The position numbers and the translations under genes are program-made. The notes beneath the pieces are model-generated. The model was given only the letters and a program-made list of their open reading frames with translations, did no database searches and had not been told where the DNA came from. DNA of 62,918 nucleotides, counting the filler, from Octopus bimaculoides (Eukaryota): NCBI RefSeq assembly GCF_001194135.2. It is 4 parts of 3 records of this genome, joined end to end, with 100 filler letters (N's around TTAATTAATTAA, not from the genome) between each part and the next. Parts side by side here need not be neighbours in the genome. Positions count along the whole stretch, not along the records: positions 17,539 to 36,448 come from NC_068996.1; positions 36,549 to 59,962 come from NC_068985.1; 2 more parts are not named here. One strand, 5' to 3'. Shown here in pieces: positions 34,549 through 47,580 of the stretch (its first letter is position 1; each line of letters starts with the position of its first letter).

Positions 34549-36316
34549 ACGTCTATAATGTATATTTCTCTCAGACAGTTATCATCATAATGTAACTGAC
34601 AGTTGCTGTACAAATTCATTTAGTGGTTGAATAAAGTGTCACTGTTAATTGCAACTTGTTTTCTTGTATTTCTTTCCACTGTTTTATATACGACCTACTG
34701 GAAGAAGAGCCTGTAATTAAACACCCTATAATTATTTTTCACATTAAATTCTGATATAATCATAATCTACACCAACTGAAAGATATTTGTAGATATTTTT
34801 ATTTTAAAATATAAATTTTTCTTAAAGCTATGAGGAAACAAACTCAGTGGAGGGGTACACTTCTCTAGATATGTTACAAACAATAATAACAGCCTAGTAC
34901 TATCAAAATATATTTAGAAAATAAAACTGATAATTTCGTGACTAGATCGAACAGGTTTATAGATTAAATTACTGGGGTGTCAAGTATTTTGTTTCATTGC
35001 TATTATGTACCACAAAATATATTTATTTATAGATTTGTGTTCATTCGACACTGTGGTATTATATTAAAATGATTGTAAACAATGTGTCATCAACATCATT
35101 TTTGTGAGCAGGAAAAAGAGGGAAACAAGGGAAGAAGGTTTTGTATTTGTGTTTGGAAAATAAATTAATTTTGAAGTAAATTTTCAAATAAAAACTGATA
35201 ATTAAGAAATAGATTCAAATGTTATAGATTTCTTTTCGTAGTTGTAACTGAAAAACAAAAAATAATTCAAATTCTTTTATTGTTATTAAATAGGCAAAGA
35301 ATGCCTACCAAAAAGTAATTGTACCACAAACAGGGCGGTTCCAGGCAAAACTTCAAATATTCCAATTCTAACACTATTTCAACATGTTCTCTTTTTTTGA
35401 TTTTCTTTTTTCTTTTTTCTTCTTTTTTCTTTTTCTTTATTTTCTTATTTTTTCCTTTCTTTTTTTTTTCTTTCTTTATTTTATTTTATTATTATTTTTC
35501 TTTCTTTCTTTCTTTATTTATTTATTTATTTTTTACAAAATTTCTAGTATTTTTTTTGCCTGAAGGACAATTGGTCATTGCTTGAGAATGTTAAATTAAG
35601 AGAAATAATTTGTTAATTTTTTCAGTAATCACACTGGAAATCAGTGATATTAAAATATTAAAAATTCTGAAGAACACAGAGAAGCAAAAACGTTGACCAA
35701 AAATATAACCATCGTTTACCATCTTTTTTGCTAACCTCACAAATTTTAAAAAATGAATGTTTTGCAATTTTTCATTCATTTTTAAACTCCTACATGTTAT
35801 CGCTTTTTTTTTTCTTTTTCTCCTTCTCTCTTCTTACTTTTCTCTCTCTCTGTCTCTTTGTTTCTTTCTTTCTCCCTTTTCTCTCTCTCTTTCTTTCTCT
35901 TTCCCCCTCTCTCTCTTCGTTTCTTTCTTTCTATCTTTCTTTTCTCTCTCTCTTTCTTTTCTCCTTCTTTCCTTCCTTCCTTCCTTTCTTTCTTTCCAGG
36001 CTGCTCTTTCTCACTCATCTAACTCTATTATCTCTTAGGCTGTCTATGTTATATAAACTTCTGTACCTTTTTTCTCTCTTTCTTTCTTCCATTCTCTTTC
36101 TCTCATTCTCTCTCTCTCTCTCAAGCACACAAACACACACGCACACGCACACGCACACACACACACACACACAGAAGCACATACTGAAATACACATTCCT
36201 GCACACGCATTCATAAACTCACAAAGTCTTCCTCTTAATCAATCTCGGCATTTTTAACTTACTTCAGTAGTGAAATACATATTTTGTTTTATTTTAGATT
36301 TCCAAATAAAGGCCTT

Positions 36317-36386
36317 TTCTTCTTCTTCTTCTTCTTCTTCTTCTTCTTCTTCTTCTTCTTCTTCTTCTTCTTCTTCTTCTTCTTCT
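36317..36386. repeat. (TTC)n microsatellite within a pyrimidine-rich low-complexity zone (~35390-36400)
   Basis: Directly visible. Confidence 0.95.
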
Positions 36387-36548
36387 CCCCCCCTCTCTCT
36401 CTCTATATATATATATGTATGTATGTATGTATGTATATATATATATATNNNNNNNNNNNNNNNNNNNNNNNNNNNNNNNNNNNNNNNNNNNNTTAATTAA
36501 TTAANNNNNNNNNNNNNNNNNNNNNNNNNNNNNNNNNNNNNNNNNNNN

Positions 36549-36550
36549 AT

Positions 36551-36596
<46 letters not shown>

Positions 36597-37215
36597 GGGA
36601 TAAAATCCAAAATTATAGGTAAAAACTCAATTAAAATCAATTTATTAAAAATCAAAATTAAGTTTCACAGTATAAAATATATATAAATATATAGTTTTAG
36701 AGAAAAGAACCAAGGTTCATATGTGACTGGATTTTCATCGATGAATTCATGAACCTTGGTTCTTTTCCCTAAAACTATATATATATATATGTAAATTTAT
36801 AACACAAGAAGATGGAATGAACAGACTTTACAGATCACAACAATTGTTTCGGAGCAGTGGTAACAGCCGTAAGTTGCTAAGTTTTCCATATACCATCGCA
36901 TAAATTATCTTATAAATATTTACATGAATAGATATGATCCGGCTAGAGCTCCGTAACGATCCTGCTGTATAATGGCATATGGTAGAACCGCATAGAAGGT
37001 TATTACACAGATGCTATTAAGTGATATGATATTAAGTATATATTCAAAGCGAGGTTAAGCTACTGCCACGCTTGGCATGTGAGTGCATACCACCGAAGAG
37101 ATCCAATCAGTTCAAAATCACGTGGTCTGGTGGTCTCAAAACTGCGATGGGAGGAGTTATCACCCGCTTGCAATAAACATCAAGTGCGGCGCACTGCATA
37201 AAACAACTAGAGGAG
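36549..37215. mobile_element. Probable Penelope-like element terminus with inverted junction
   Basis: (AAT)n start. 32-bp inverted repeat 36689-36720 / 36749-36780 (31/32). Minus-strand CCGAAACAATTGTTGTG resembles the 3' half of a PLE hammerhead. No RT seen. Confidence 0.4.
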
Positions 37216-37246
37216 ATATATATGCATATATTATGTATATGAATAA

Positions 37247-37280
<34 letters not shown>

Positions 37281-37934
37281 NNNNNNNNNNNNNNNNNNNN
37301 NNNNNNNNNNNNNNNNNNNNNNNNNNNNNNNNNNNNNNNNNNNNNNNNNNNNNNNNNNNNNNNNNNNNNNNNNNNNNNNNNNNNNNNNNNNNNNNNNNNN
37401 NNNNNNNNNNNNNNNNNNNNNNNNNNNNNNNNNNNNNNNNNNNNNNNNNNNNNNNNNNNNNNNNNNNNNNNNNNNNNNNNNNNNNNNNNNNNNNNNNNNN
37501 NNNNNNNNNNNNNNNNNNNNNNNNNNNNNNNNNNNNNNNNNNNNNNNNNNNNNNNNNNNNNNNNNNNNNNNNNNNNNNNNNNNNNNNNNNNNNNNNNNNN
37601 NNNNNNNNNNNNNNNNNNNNNNNNNNNNNNNNNNNNNNNNNNNNNNNNNNNNNNNNNNNNNNNNNNNNNNNNNNNNNNNNNNNNNNNNNNNNNNNNNNNN
37701 NNNNNNNNNNNNNNNNNNNNNNNNNNNNNNNNNNNNNNNNNNNNNNNNNNNNNNNNNNNNNNNNNNNNNNNNNNNNNNNNNNNNNNNNNNNNNNNNNNNN
37801 NNNNNNNNNNNNNNNNNNNNNNNNNNNNNNNNNNNNNNNNNNNNNNNNNNNNNNNNNNNNNNNNNNNNNNNNNNNNNNNNNNNNNNNNNNNNNNNNNNNN
37901 NNNNNNNNNNNNNNNNNNNNNNNNNNNNNNNGGA

Positions 37935-38236
37935 TATAAACAAACGAACACCAGTTGTCAAGCGATGAGTGGGTGGGGGTGGACACAAACACAAAGATAT
38001 GCGCACACGCATGCACCTACATTCATACATACGTGCGCATGCACAAACACACACATACATGCATATATACATACACGAGGGGCTTCTTTCAGTTTCCATC
38101 TACCAAATCCACAAGCCTTTAGCTGGTCCAGAACAATAGTAGAAGGCACTTACCCACGGTGCCATGCAGTTGGACTGAACCTAGAACGATGCGATTGTGG
38201 AAGCAAACTTCTTACCATACAGCCATTTCTACGCCT
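37935..38236 (-). mobile_element. SINE family A, partial
   Basis: CTTCTTTCAGTTTCC..CCACGGTGCCATGCAGTTGGACTGAACC..CTTACCATACAGCC. Confidence 0.75.
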
Positions 38237-39192
38237 ATATGTTATTTTATTTTTTTTTTGAAAAACAAACAAACAAGAAAAAAAACAAAAAGCGCACAAC
38301 ACTAATTATGATGATATTTCTGATGATGGCGAATGGAGTCATATCAGGTGACATGAGGGTAACAGAGATGGCGGTGGTATGTATGGATATGATGAGAATG
38401 ACGCTGATATTAGTGGTTGTGGTGCGCTAATTGTAGTGTGAAGACTCTTGCTCACTGCCATGAAGATGTTACTGATGGTGATGGTAACCATACCATTGTT
38501 CTTGAAAGTGCATGTGATATGATTGATGGTGGTGGTAATCGGAGCTGACGGCGGTCGGGGAGGTGCATGGGCGTGGTCTCGTTGAACACTGCTGGTTAAG
38601 AAGCATATGGCAATATTTCAGACGCTGTATGTGTGTATGTGCCTGTAGCTTAGTGTGAGTGTACGCAAGTTTTATGTCTACGTATGTATATGTATTTATA
38701 TCAACTTCATGTACATACGTCTCTATTATTGTTTCATCCATGTTGTTTTTATTGCTGTTACAATCAACGTTGGTGCTAGTGTTGTTGTTGTTGTTGTTGT
38801 TGCTGCCGTTAATGTTAATGCACTGCCATTGTTTGTGCTGCTGTTGTTGTATCGTTATCGTTGCTTTTGTTGTTGTTGTTGTTGTTGGTTATAACGAAAA
38901 TGCTAATTTTATTGTTGGTTCTGCTGCTGCTGTTGTTGTTGTTATTGTTGTTGATGTTGTTGTTAAAGCTGGTGCTATTGTTGCTGTTGTTCCTCTTAAT
39001 GCTGTTGCGGTTATCATTATAAAATTCCTGACTGTAGCACTTAAAATTATTCAATTAAGATAATCTGCGGTTCTTATCTTAAATATTCCAATAAGCCAGC
39101 CCACCGTCCGCCAAAAAAAAAAGCAGATCTCTTTAAAAATATACAAATATATATAAATATATATAACATGTATGTATGTATGTATGTACGTA

Positions 39193-39251
<59 letters not shown>

Positions 39252-40712
39252 NNNNNNNNNNNNNNNNNNNNNNNNNNNNNNNNNNNNNNNNNNNNNNNNN
39301 NNNNNNNNNNNNNNNNNNNNNNNNNNNNNNNNNNNNNNNNNNNNNNNNNNNNNNNNNNNNNNNNNNNNNNNNNNNNNNNNNNNNNNNNNNNNNNNNNNNN
39401 NNNNNNNNNNNNNNNNNNNNNNNNNNNNNNNNNNNNNNNNNNNNNNNNNNNNNNNNNNNNNNNNNNNNNNNGAATATAAAATAATTAAATAGCCCAAAAA
39501 TTCAAGAAAACACCCCCCAAATTTTTCCAGTATTTAATGTACACGTTTTGTTTTATTTTTTTGTAATCTTTCCCGTTGAATTTTTTTTCTTTGGTAAAGA
39601 ACTCTAAGCTTGTTTATTATTTTTTTTCTTTGGTAAAGAACACTAAACTTGTTTATAATTTTTTTCTTTATTGTCTCATATGGATAGTCTCTGGAATTGG
39701 TAGACTTAATTATTGTTCTGCATCGGCTTGAATCAGATATGGTAAATGAAAAAAAAAAAAGGCAAAAAATGTAAGATGGCGTGACATGAGATGAAGTAGA
39801 GATTAATGCTACGACAGGGAGGGCCTTCTTCGCCGACGAATCACCCCGCCTGAAATATTAGCTGCTTACTCCATGTCTTGAAATGCATAACATCTTTACC
39901 TCTCTTTTGTCTTAATATTATAGTTTCAAGCAAACTTGCTGTTAGGAATTCAGATTGTATATTTCGTGAATTGAGAATTTTGAGCACGTTAGGTAAGTGT
40001 TCTTCAGAAAATGTTGATACCAACGAACGTCTTGGAATTAAAACTCGCAGCTAAGCTTTTAACTATATAGTTTATTCATTTTTATGCAGGTAAGTGTGCT
40101 TAATGAAGCTTCCTGTGCGAAAAGCATAATTTCATTAACGAATGAAAGTCGAACGACTTATCTGAATTTTCAAAGAAATTCAGGTTCATCTAGTCATTTG
40201 AACATTCTTGAAGAAATATAGAAAGGTTAAATCTAAGTTAAAGCAGGTAGAGAAATTCCAAATATATGAATTTTACATTTCATTTCGACTGAGATTTTGA
40301 AGAATCTATAAAAATCGATTTTTAAATGTCTGATAAATACATATGAATAAAGCTGGAGAATTGGAAACGGTTCTTTTGCAATTACCGTTCAACATCTAGA
40401 TAGCTGGGTAGAAATATCGATCACATAATTTCTCTCCACCGGAAGAGTAAGTCGTACACTCGCAATATATTTACAAGGAATACCTGCTCAAGAAATTTCC
40501 TTCTCACCAAAGTTTGCCGAACGAAGAAGCTTAGACAGGCCGAAACCCGAAAGATATCTGGTGTCCAGAAATTTAACAGTGCAGAATCTAGGGTATTTAA
40601 CTGTAAAATGCCGAATGTATAACCAATTTCATATGAAAAGTGAGTGAAATAAGTAATACAAAACTGTACTGTATGACATTATTGGCCTAATCATCATATA
40701 TGCTTATGTGTG

Positions 40713-40898
40713 TAAGAAAATACAGGTGGATCAGTTAAGTATGATTTTATTCAACATATCCCCCTCTTAGATTCACATACTTATTGCAGCAGTCACTGGG
40801 TTTTTTTTCTAAGCCCTGTAAAAGGACTCAGAAGGTTGAGCCTCCAAACACGCCTTTCGCGATACCCATAAAGTCAGGAATTTTTCAGTACTCCCTTG
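40713..40898 (-). mobile_element. Mariner-derived MITE retaining the transposase C-terminus
   Basis: Minus strand resembles WLEAQPSEFF..CNKxVNLRGxYVE*. End GGAATTTTTCAGTACTCCCTTG|TA. Confidence 0.6.
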
Positions 40899-41501
40899 TA
40901 TGTATGTATGTATGTATGTATGCGTTATGGCGAGTATCATGACACCCAGAAATTGCAGGAAGTCGAAAGGTATCGTTCGTGAGTTCGTGGAGTCGCAGGA
41001 AATTGTTGAGAAGTTGTTATAAAAATTATAAAAGTATGTATGTATGTATGTATGTATGTAAAACTGGTAAACAATTCAAGTTGTTATAAAAATGTCCTGT
41101 TTTCACCTTAATGCCTTGATCAATGCGTCTAATGAATAATTTACTGATCCAACATTTAAAGATGTCGGATTTCCAAAGCAACCTTGCTATAAGAATTCTA
41201 CTTTAGAATTCCATATGAGAGAGGAGAATATTTTTTTAAAGTTTAAAAACTCTACTTTAACTTTTTATATATTTTCGAAAATAAAAAAAAGCAAAACTTT
41301 GATGCTCTGCAAAGCTGTTTGGGTGTAGAAGGAATTCAGAAAAAGTGCCTATACAATCGTTGATTAATCCATAAATAAATACAAACAAAATGTAAAATAT
41401 TTACCCCACAATTCTATTTATAATGCTTTTTTATTTACCTATAGAAAAAAAGAAAAATCTATTTGTATATATCAATATGTATGTATAGTTGTATATGTGT
41501 A

Positions 41502-41563
<62 letters not shown>

Positions 41564-41983
41564 NNNNNNNNNNNNNNNNNNNNNNNNNNNNNNNNNNNNN
41601 NNNNNNNNNNNNNNNNNNNNNNNNNNNNNNNNNNNNNNNNNNNNNNNNNNNNNNNNNNNNNNNNNNNNNNNNNNNNNNNNNNNNNNNNNNNNNNNNNNNN
41701 NNNNNNNNNNNNNNNNNNNNNNNNNNNNNNNNNNNNNNNNNNNNNNNNNNNNNNNNNNNNNNNNNNNNNNNNNNNNNNNATACAAGTATACATACACACA
41801 TGTATACATACATACATACATACATACATGCTTGCATACATATATATATATGTACATACAATCGCGCAGATAGAATGATAGCTAGATAGATATTGTTATA
41901 TATGTGTAGATATATATTCATATATAGATAGATAGATATACATAGATAGATAGATAAATAGACAGACAGACAGACAGACAGAC

Positions 41984-42032
<49 letters not shown>

Positions 42033-42039
42033 CACATGC

Positions 42040-42180
42040 ACAACGTACTTTCACACAGTTTCTGTCTACCGTATATACTCAAAAGACATTGGTTGTCCCG
42101 GGTCATTCTTCGAAGAGGGATTGAACCCGAAACTACGTGGCTGCAAAGCGAACTTCTCATTCACACAGTCATGCCTGTGT
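42040..42180 (-). mobile_element. SINE family A, degenerate
   Basis: CAGTTTCTGTCTACC..ATTGAACCCGAAACTACGTGG..CACACAGTCATGCC. Confidence 0.6.
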
Positions 42181-44074
42181 ATATGTGTGTGTGTGTGTTT
42201 GTATGTATGTATATCTAGTTTCTTATCTCTCTCTCTCTCTATCTATCTATCTCTCTCTTTCTCTTCATCTATAGTGATTTCACTGAATTATTGATCGTCA
42301 GCAGCAGTCAGCCAAACACTGAATGCCGAACCGAAAATCGGCCAAACCGATATAAATTAGCGCCGGCTAAACAGCCAATGATATCGGTAAAAGTTTTTAG
42401 TATTTCTCGCCTACACAAGATAATTTCTCAGTACGTTTACCGCAGTCTACGGCGTTCTAAATAATGCATCCAAATGTTTGATTAGATGTACTAATTAACN
42501 NNNNNNNNNNNNNNNNNNNNNNNNNNNNNNNNNNNNNNNNNNNNNNNNNNNNNNNNNNNNNNNNNNNNNNNNNNNNNNNNNNNNNNNNNNNNNNNNNNNN
42601 NNNNNNNNNNNNNNNNNNNNNNNNNNNNNNNNNNNNNNNNNNNNNNNNNNNNNNNNNNNNNNNNNNNNNNNNNNNNNNNNNNNNNNNNNNNNNNNNNNNN
42701 NNNNNNNNNNNNNNNNNNNNNNNNNNNNNNNNNNNNNNNNNNNNNNNNNNNNNNNNNNNNNNNNNNNNNNNNNNNNNNNNNNNNNNNNNNNNNNNNNNNN
42801 NNNNNNNNNNNNNNNNNNNNNNNNNNNNNNNNNNNNNNNNNNNNNNNNNNNNNNNNNNNNNNNNNNNNNNNNNNNNNNNNNNNNNNNNNNNNNNNNNNNN
42901 NNNNNNNNNNNNNNNNNNNNNNNNNNNNNNNNNNNNNNNNNNNNNNNNNNNNNNNNNNNNNNNNNNNNNNNNNNNNNNNNNNNNNNATATACTTATATGC
43001 ATGCATATCTATGTATGTATGTAATTCCGGAAAATTGGAATTGAGTGAAAAACGGAAGTTCAAAAATTCTTCAGATATTACAGGAAATTGATGGAGTTAA
43101 CAGAATTCTAGATAAATGATGGTAATATGTCAAGATACCAGAAAAATCCCTAAAATATTGAGCGGTTGCCTTAAATTGCAGAAATTAAATGTTTGATGGA
43201 AAATAGAGATAGCTGTTTGGCAGAATTTCAAAATGACTGGCATTAGAAAATGATCTTGTCTAATGGGGTTTGAAGTTTGGTGAGAAAAAGACGGACAATA
43301 TGATGATGTTTACCAGTTAATAATGAGGCTCATTGAAATTCCCACACAGCGTCGACAACTGTCGTATTTTACCAGAAATTACGAGAAATATACTGAGATT
43401 TTTGAAAAATTAGTAGAAAATTTGTGAAACAGAAGATTATTAGAATTTTAAGGATGTTGGTGGGAATACGGCGAAGTCCCGGAAGTTAATTGATATTTCA
43501 GAAATCGACAAAAAAAATTGTGAAAATCGTTGGTGTTTGGACCAGATATTAAAAACTTTTATAGGAGGTTGGTAGAATGAAGTTGACGGATATTAATGGA
43601 GGTGTATTGAAGTTTTTTTTTTTTGAAATTGAAGGAAATATACTAAAACTAACACTACTTGATATAGATTTCCGATTCTTGCCGGAAATATGGAAACTGA
43701 AGGAGATTGTCCAAAATTGCACGAAAATGGGGGTTGATAGAAAATAACAAGGTGAGACGGAGATTGTCGGTAAATAACGATATTTGTCGAAAATGAACGC
43801 TAATGACTTGGTTTGATAGACATTGGTGGATATTGCCACAGTTTGCCATGGGTTGTGCAAATTGTCGAAGATTATTTGCTTTTGAGAATAATTTATGAGA
43901 CTACTAGACGTAAAGATATAGTACGAATATTCTGTACATAAGGAAACTCATACAAAATTTATAGATATTGATGGAAAAAAAATTGAATAAATAGACGGAA
44001 CTATAGATGGAACTATCACATATATATATATATATTAATATATATATATATATATATCTTTTAATTGTTACAGT

Positions 44075-44250
44075 CATTGGATTGCAGCCATGCTGGGGCA
44101 TCACCCCCTTCAATGGTTTAATTGAACAATTCAACCTCAGTAATTATTTTCAAATCTGGCATTTATTCAATTGGTAACGTTTGCCGAACCGCTAAGTTCC
44201 GGGGACGTAAAGAAGCCAACATCTGTTGTCAAGTGGTGGTGGTGGAGGAC
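44075..44250 (-). mobile_element. SINE family A 3' module
   Basis: CAGTCATTGGATTGCAGCCATGCTGGGGC..GCCGAACCGCTAAGTTCCGGGGACGTAAAG..GTTGTCAAG. Confidence 0.65.
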
Positions 44251-45021
44251 ATACACAAGCACAAATACACATAAGCAACGATACACAGACACTGACACGC
44301 AATCACACACACACGCGTGCGAGCGCGCACACACACACATACACATACACACACATGCTTGCACATATATGAGCACAAACCAAAGCGGTAAAAATAGCAC
44401 GAAAAGTTCACATCTGTCTGACGATCGGTTGCGTGAAACTCTGAGTAACAGTTTGTAAAATTTTTCGGCTTCAAATGAACAATACACACGTGTATGTGTA
44501 CTAAATAAATCAGTACTTACATGCAGTGTGCTTTACAACCGCAATCAGCTAGAGTAACGCAGTCTGCTAAGTAAACCCTAACTTTTTTTTATTAAAAAGA
44601 AGAATTGATTTAATCGACTTCAGTACATAAATGCTACTATATTTTAGCGACTCTCGAAAGTATGAAAAGTAATCTTGATTTTGGCGAGATTTGAGCTCGG
44701 AGCGAAATCGCCTTGTAATTATATAGTAGAAATCATTTTGACCAACATTCAAACACCTCTACTAATCTACCGTGGTAAAATCAGTATCACTAAGCCAGAA
44801 CTACAATCCTCATGGTGATGTGACGGCACTGCCATTACCAAGACTAGCACAACCACCATTAACAACATCACCACCTTCCTATCAGAGCATATAACACTCT
44901 TCAACCAGGGTCCTGACGCTAGCTTATTTGAGGTTCACATTTGACGCTGCTAATTACAAACAGACTCGTTCTGACTGTTTTCTGGCCTCGTTTTCCTCCT
45001 GTGTGTTTCATAAACCGCGGA

Positions 45022-45067
<46 letters not shown>

Positions 45068-46109
45068 NNNNNNNNNNATGTATGTATGTATGTATGTATG
45101 CACACATATATGTATATATATATTTGCATATATATAAATATGTATACTCGCGTGTATGCGTGTATGCGTGTAATGCGCATTTATAAGTAGGAAAGACGTA
45201 TATATATACATGTTTGTGTATATAATATTTCTTGGCGTGTATATGCACTCAGCTATATTTGTATGTATGTTTGTATGTATGTATGTATGTATGTATGTAT
45301 GTATGTATGTATGTATTTATGTATGTATATATATATATATATCTGTGTGTGTATGTGTATGTATGTGTGTGTGTGTGTATGTATGTATATCTATAAATAT
45401 GTATGTGTGCATATAACTATGCATATATATATATGTGTGTGTGTATGTATGTGCATACATGTGTGTGTCTGTGTGTGGGTGCCTGTGTAATGCGTGTTTA
45501 TACATATATATACCCATACACACACAAGCACTTATGATTCACCTACACATATATAACTATAGGTAGTCATACACAGACATAAACGTACGCACACACGCAC
45601 ACACACACAAACACGCACACGCACACACATATGTACGGAACCTCTAAAATGCCGAAGTTATGCTGCCGTTTCACCAAAGTCTAGGGTTCTAGCCATTGTT
45701 AGAATTCTTGTCATTAACAAACCAACCATATCAGAGAAACCATTTCTCAGGCATAGTTGGAATACAGTCACACAATTCTACCCGTCCAAATAGTGCCTTT
45801 ACAAATGACTCTGCAAATCCATCTCAGTTACATTGACAAACACAGACACACAAACACACATACACTCATACACACACACATACACACACACACGCGCTTA
45901 CGTATATATATTTATGCAAGTCTATATCTAAATACAGCTGTATGTATGCATGTATGTATGTATGTAGTTTTGTCTGTCTGCCTATCTGTATGTGTGTGTG
46001 TGTGTGTATGTATATATGTATTATACATTAGTGATTTTATGATTGCATGTCTGTTTTTATGCATATATACACACACACACATATTTATATATGTATATAT
46101 GCCTATATA

Positions 46110-46182
<73 letters not shown>

Positions 46183-46534
46183 GCATATATACATACATAC
46201 ATACATACATGCATACATACATACATACATACATACATTCATACATACACATAAATGTATACTATGTGTGGGGTTTCCAAGTTCCCTTTGCATATTATGT
46301 TTTATATTTGTTTCCTATGCAATTTTTTGGGCTTTTTGTTTTCCTTATTGTTTTATACACAAATTCTTCTATTTGTATTTTATTTTTCCTACCTTAGGTT
46401 AATATTTGTTAAGAAGGAATGAGAATGTTAGTGCGGAGATGATGAGGAAAGGTTGGTGGGGTGTTATGGTGAACGGTTGCAGTGTTACAGAGAAAGATGA
46501 GAAGTGAGAGGTGAGCAATAGTAGAAGGAGAGAA

Positions 46535-46544
46535 TAGATAGATT

Positions 46545-46621
<77 letters not shown>

Positions 46622-46717
46622 GTAGGTAGGTAAGTAGGTAGGTAGGTAGGTAGGTAGGTAGGTAGGTAGGTAGATAGATACATATGATAGAATAATAAAC
46701 ACGCATACATACATAAG

Positions 46718-46777
<60 letters not shown>

Positions 46778-46790
46778 CAAGCAAAACACC
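46535..46790. repeat. Compound (GATA)n(GGTA)n(GATA)n microsatellite
   Basis: Directly visible. Confidence 0.95.
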
Positions 46791-46942
46791 AGCTCGATAG
46801 ATAGACAGATAGAAAAACGGATAGACAGAGATATTGATAGACAGGTATAGTTTGGTAGATATATAGATAGAGAAAGAGAGAGAAAGAGAGAGAGCGGGGG
46901 GAGAGAGATGGCAGAGAGGCTGAGTTATAGTGGAATGGATTA

Positions 46943-47113
46943 GGCGCAGGAGTGGCTGTGTGGTAAGTAACTTGCTTACCAACCACATGGTTCCGGGTTC
47001 AGTCCCACTACGTGGCATCTTGGGCAAGTGTCTTCTACTATAGCCTCGGGCCTACCAAAGCCTTGTGAGTGGATTTGGTTGACGGAAACTGAAAGAAGCC
47101 CGTCGTATATATG

Positions 47114-47144
<31 letters not shown>

Positions 47145-47340
47145 TTGTCCCCCTAGCATTGCTTGACAACCGATGCTGGTGTGTTTATGTCCCCGTAACT
47201 TAGCGGTTCAGCAAAAGAGCCCGATAGAATAAGTACTAGGCTTATAAAGAATAAGTCCCGGGGTCGATTTGCTAGACTAAAGGCAGTGCTCCAGCATGGC
47301 CGCAGTCAAATGACTGAAACAAGTAAAAGAGTAAAAGAGA
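46943..47340 (+). mobile_element. SINE family A, full and young bipartite copy
   Basis: AGGCGCAGGAGTGGCTGTGTGGTAAG..(TA)n(TG)n..GACTGAAACAAGTAAAAGAGTAAAAGAG. Confidence 0.9.
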
Positions 47341-47494
47341 GAATAAATGAATATTTTGGGTGGATTAAAGAGCAAAGAGATGAAAAGGTGTATGCTGTCT
47401 TCATGTGCATCTATGTGTGTATACAAGTGTGTGTGCGTGTGTGTGATTCGTGGGTGAGTATTATGAAACGCTATGACGAAAGCTGGTCTTCCAT

Positions 47495-47580
47495 AAACAA
47501 CCTTTTCTGGACTTGTGCCTTAGAGGGGAACTGTCTATGTGCAATCCCATGGTCATTCATGACCGAAGTGGGTATTTACC
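47495..47580 (+). mobile_element. 3' tail of SINE family D
   Basis: GCTGGTCTTCCATAAACAACC..CCATGGTCATTCATGACCGAA matches the reverse complement of 61262-61370. Confidence 0.6.

Noticed and set aside
38300-39063. Hydrophobic Val/Leu/Cys-rich ORFs resembling membrane proteins
   Set aside because: Derived from (GTT)n/(GCT)n/(GAT)n trinucleotide low-complexity sequence.
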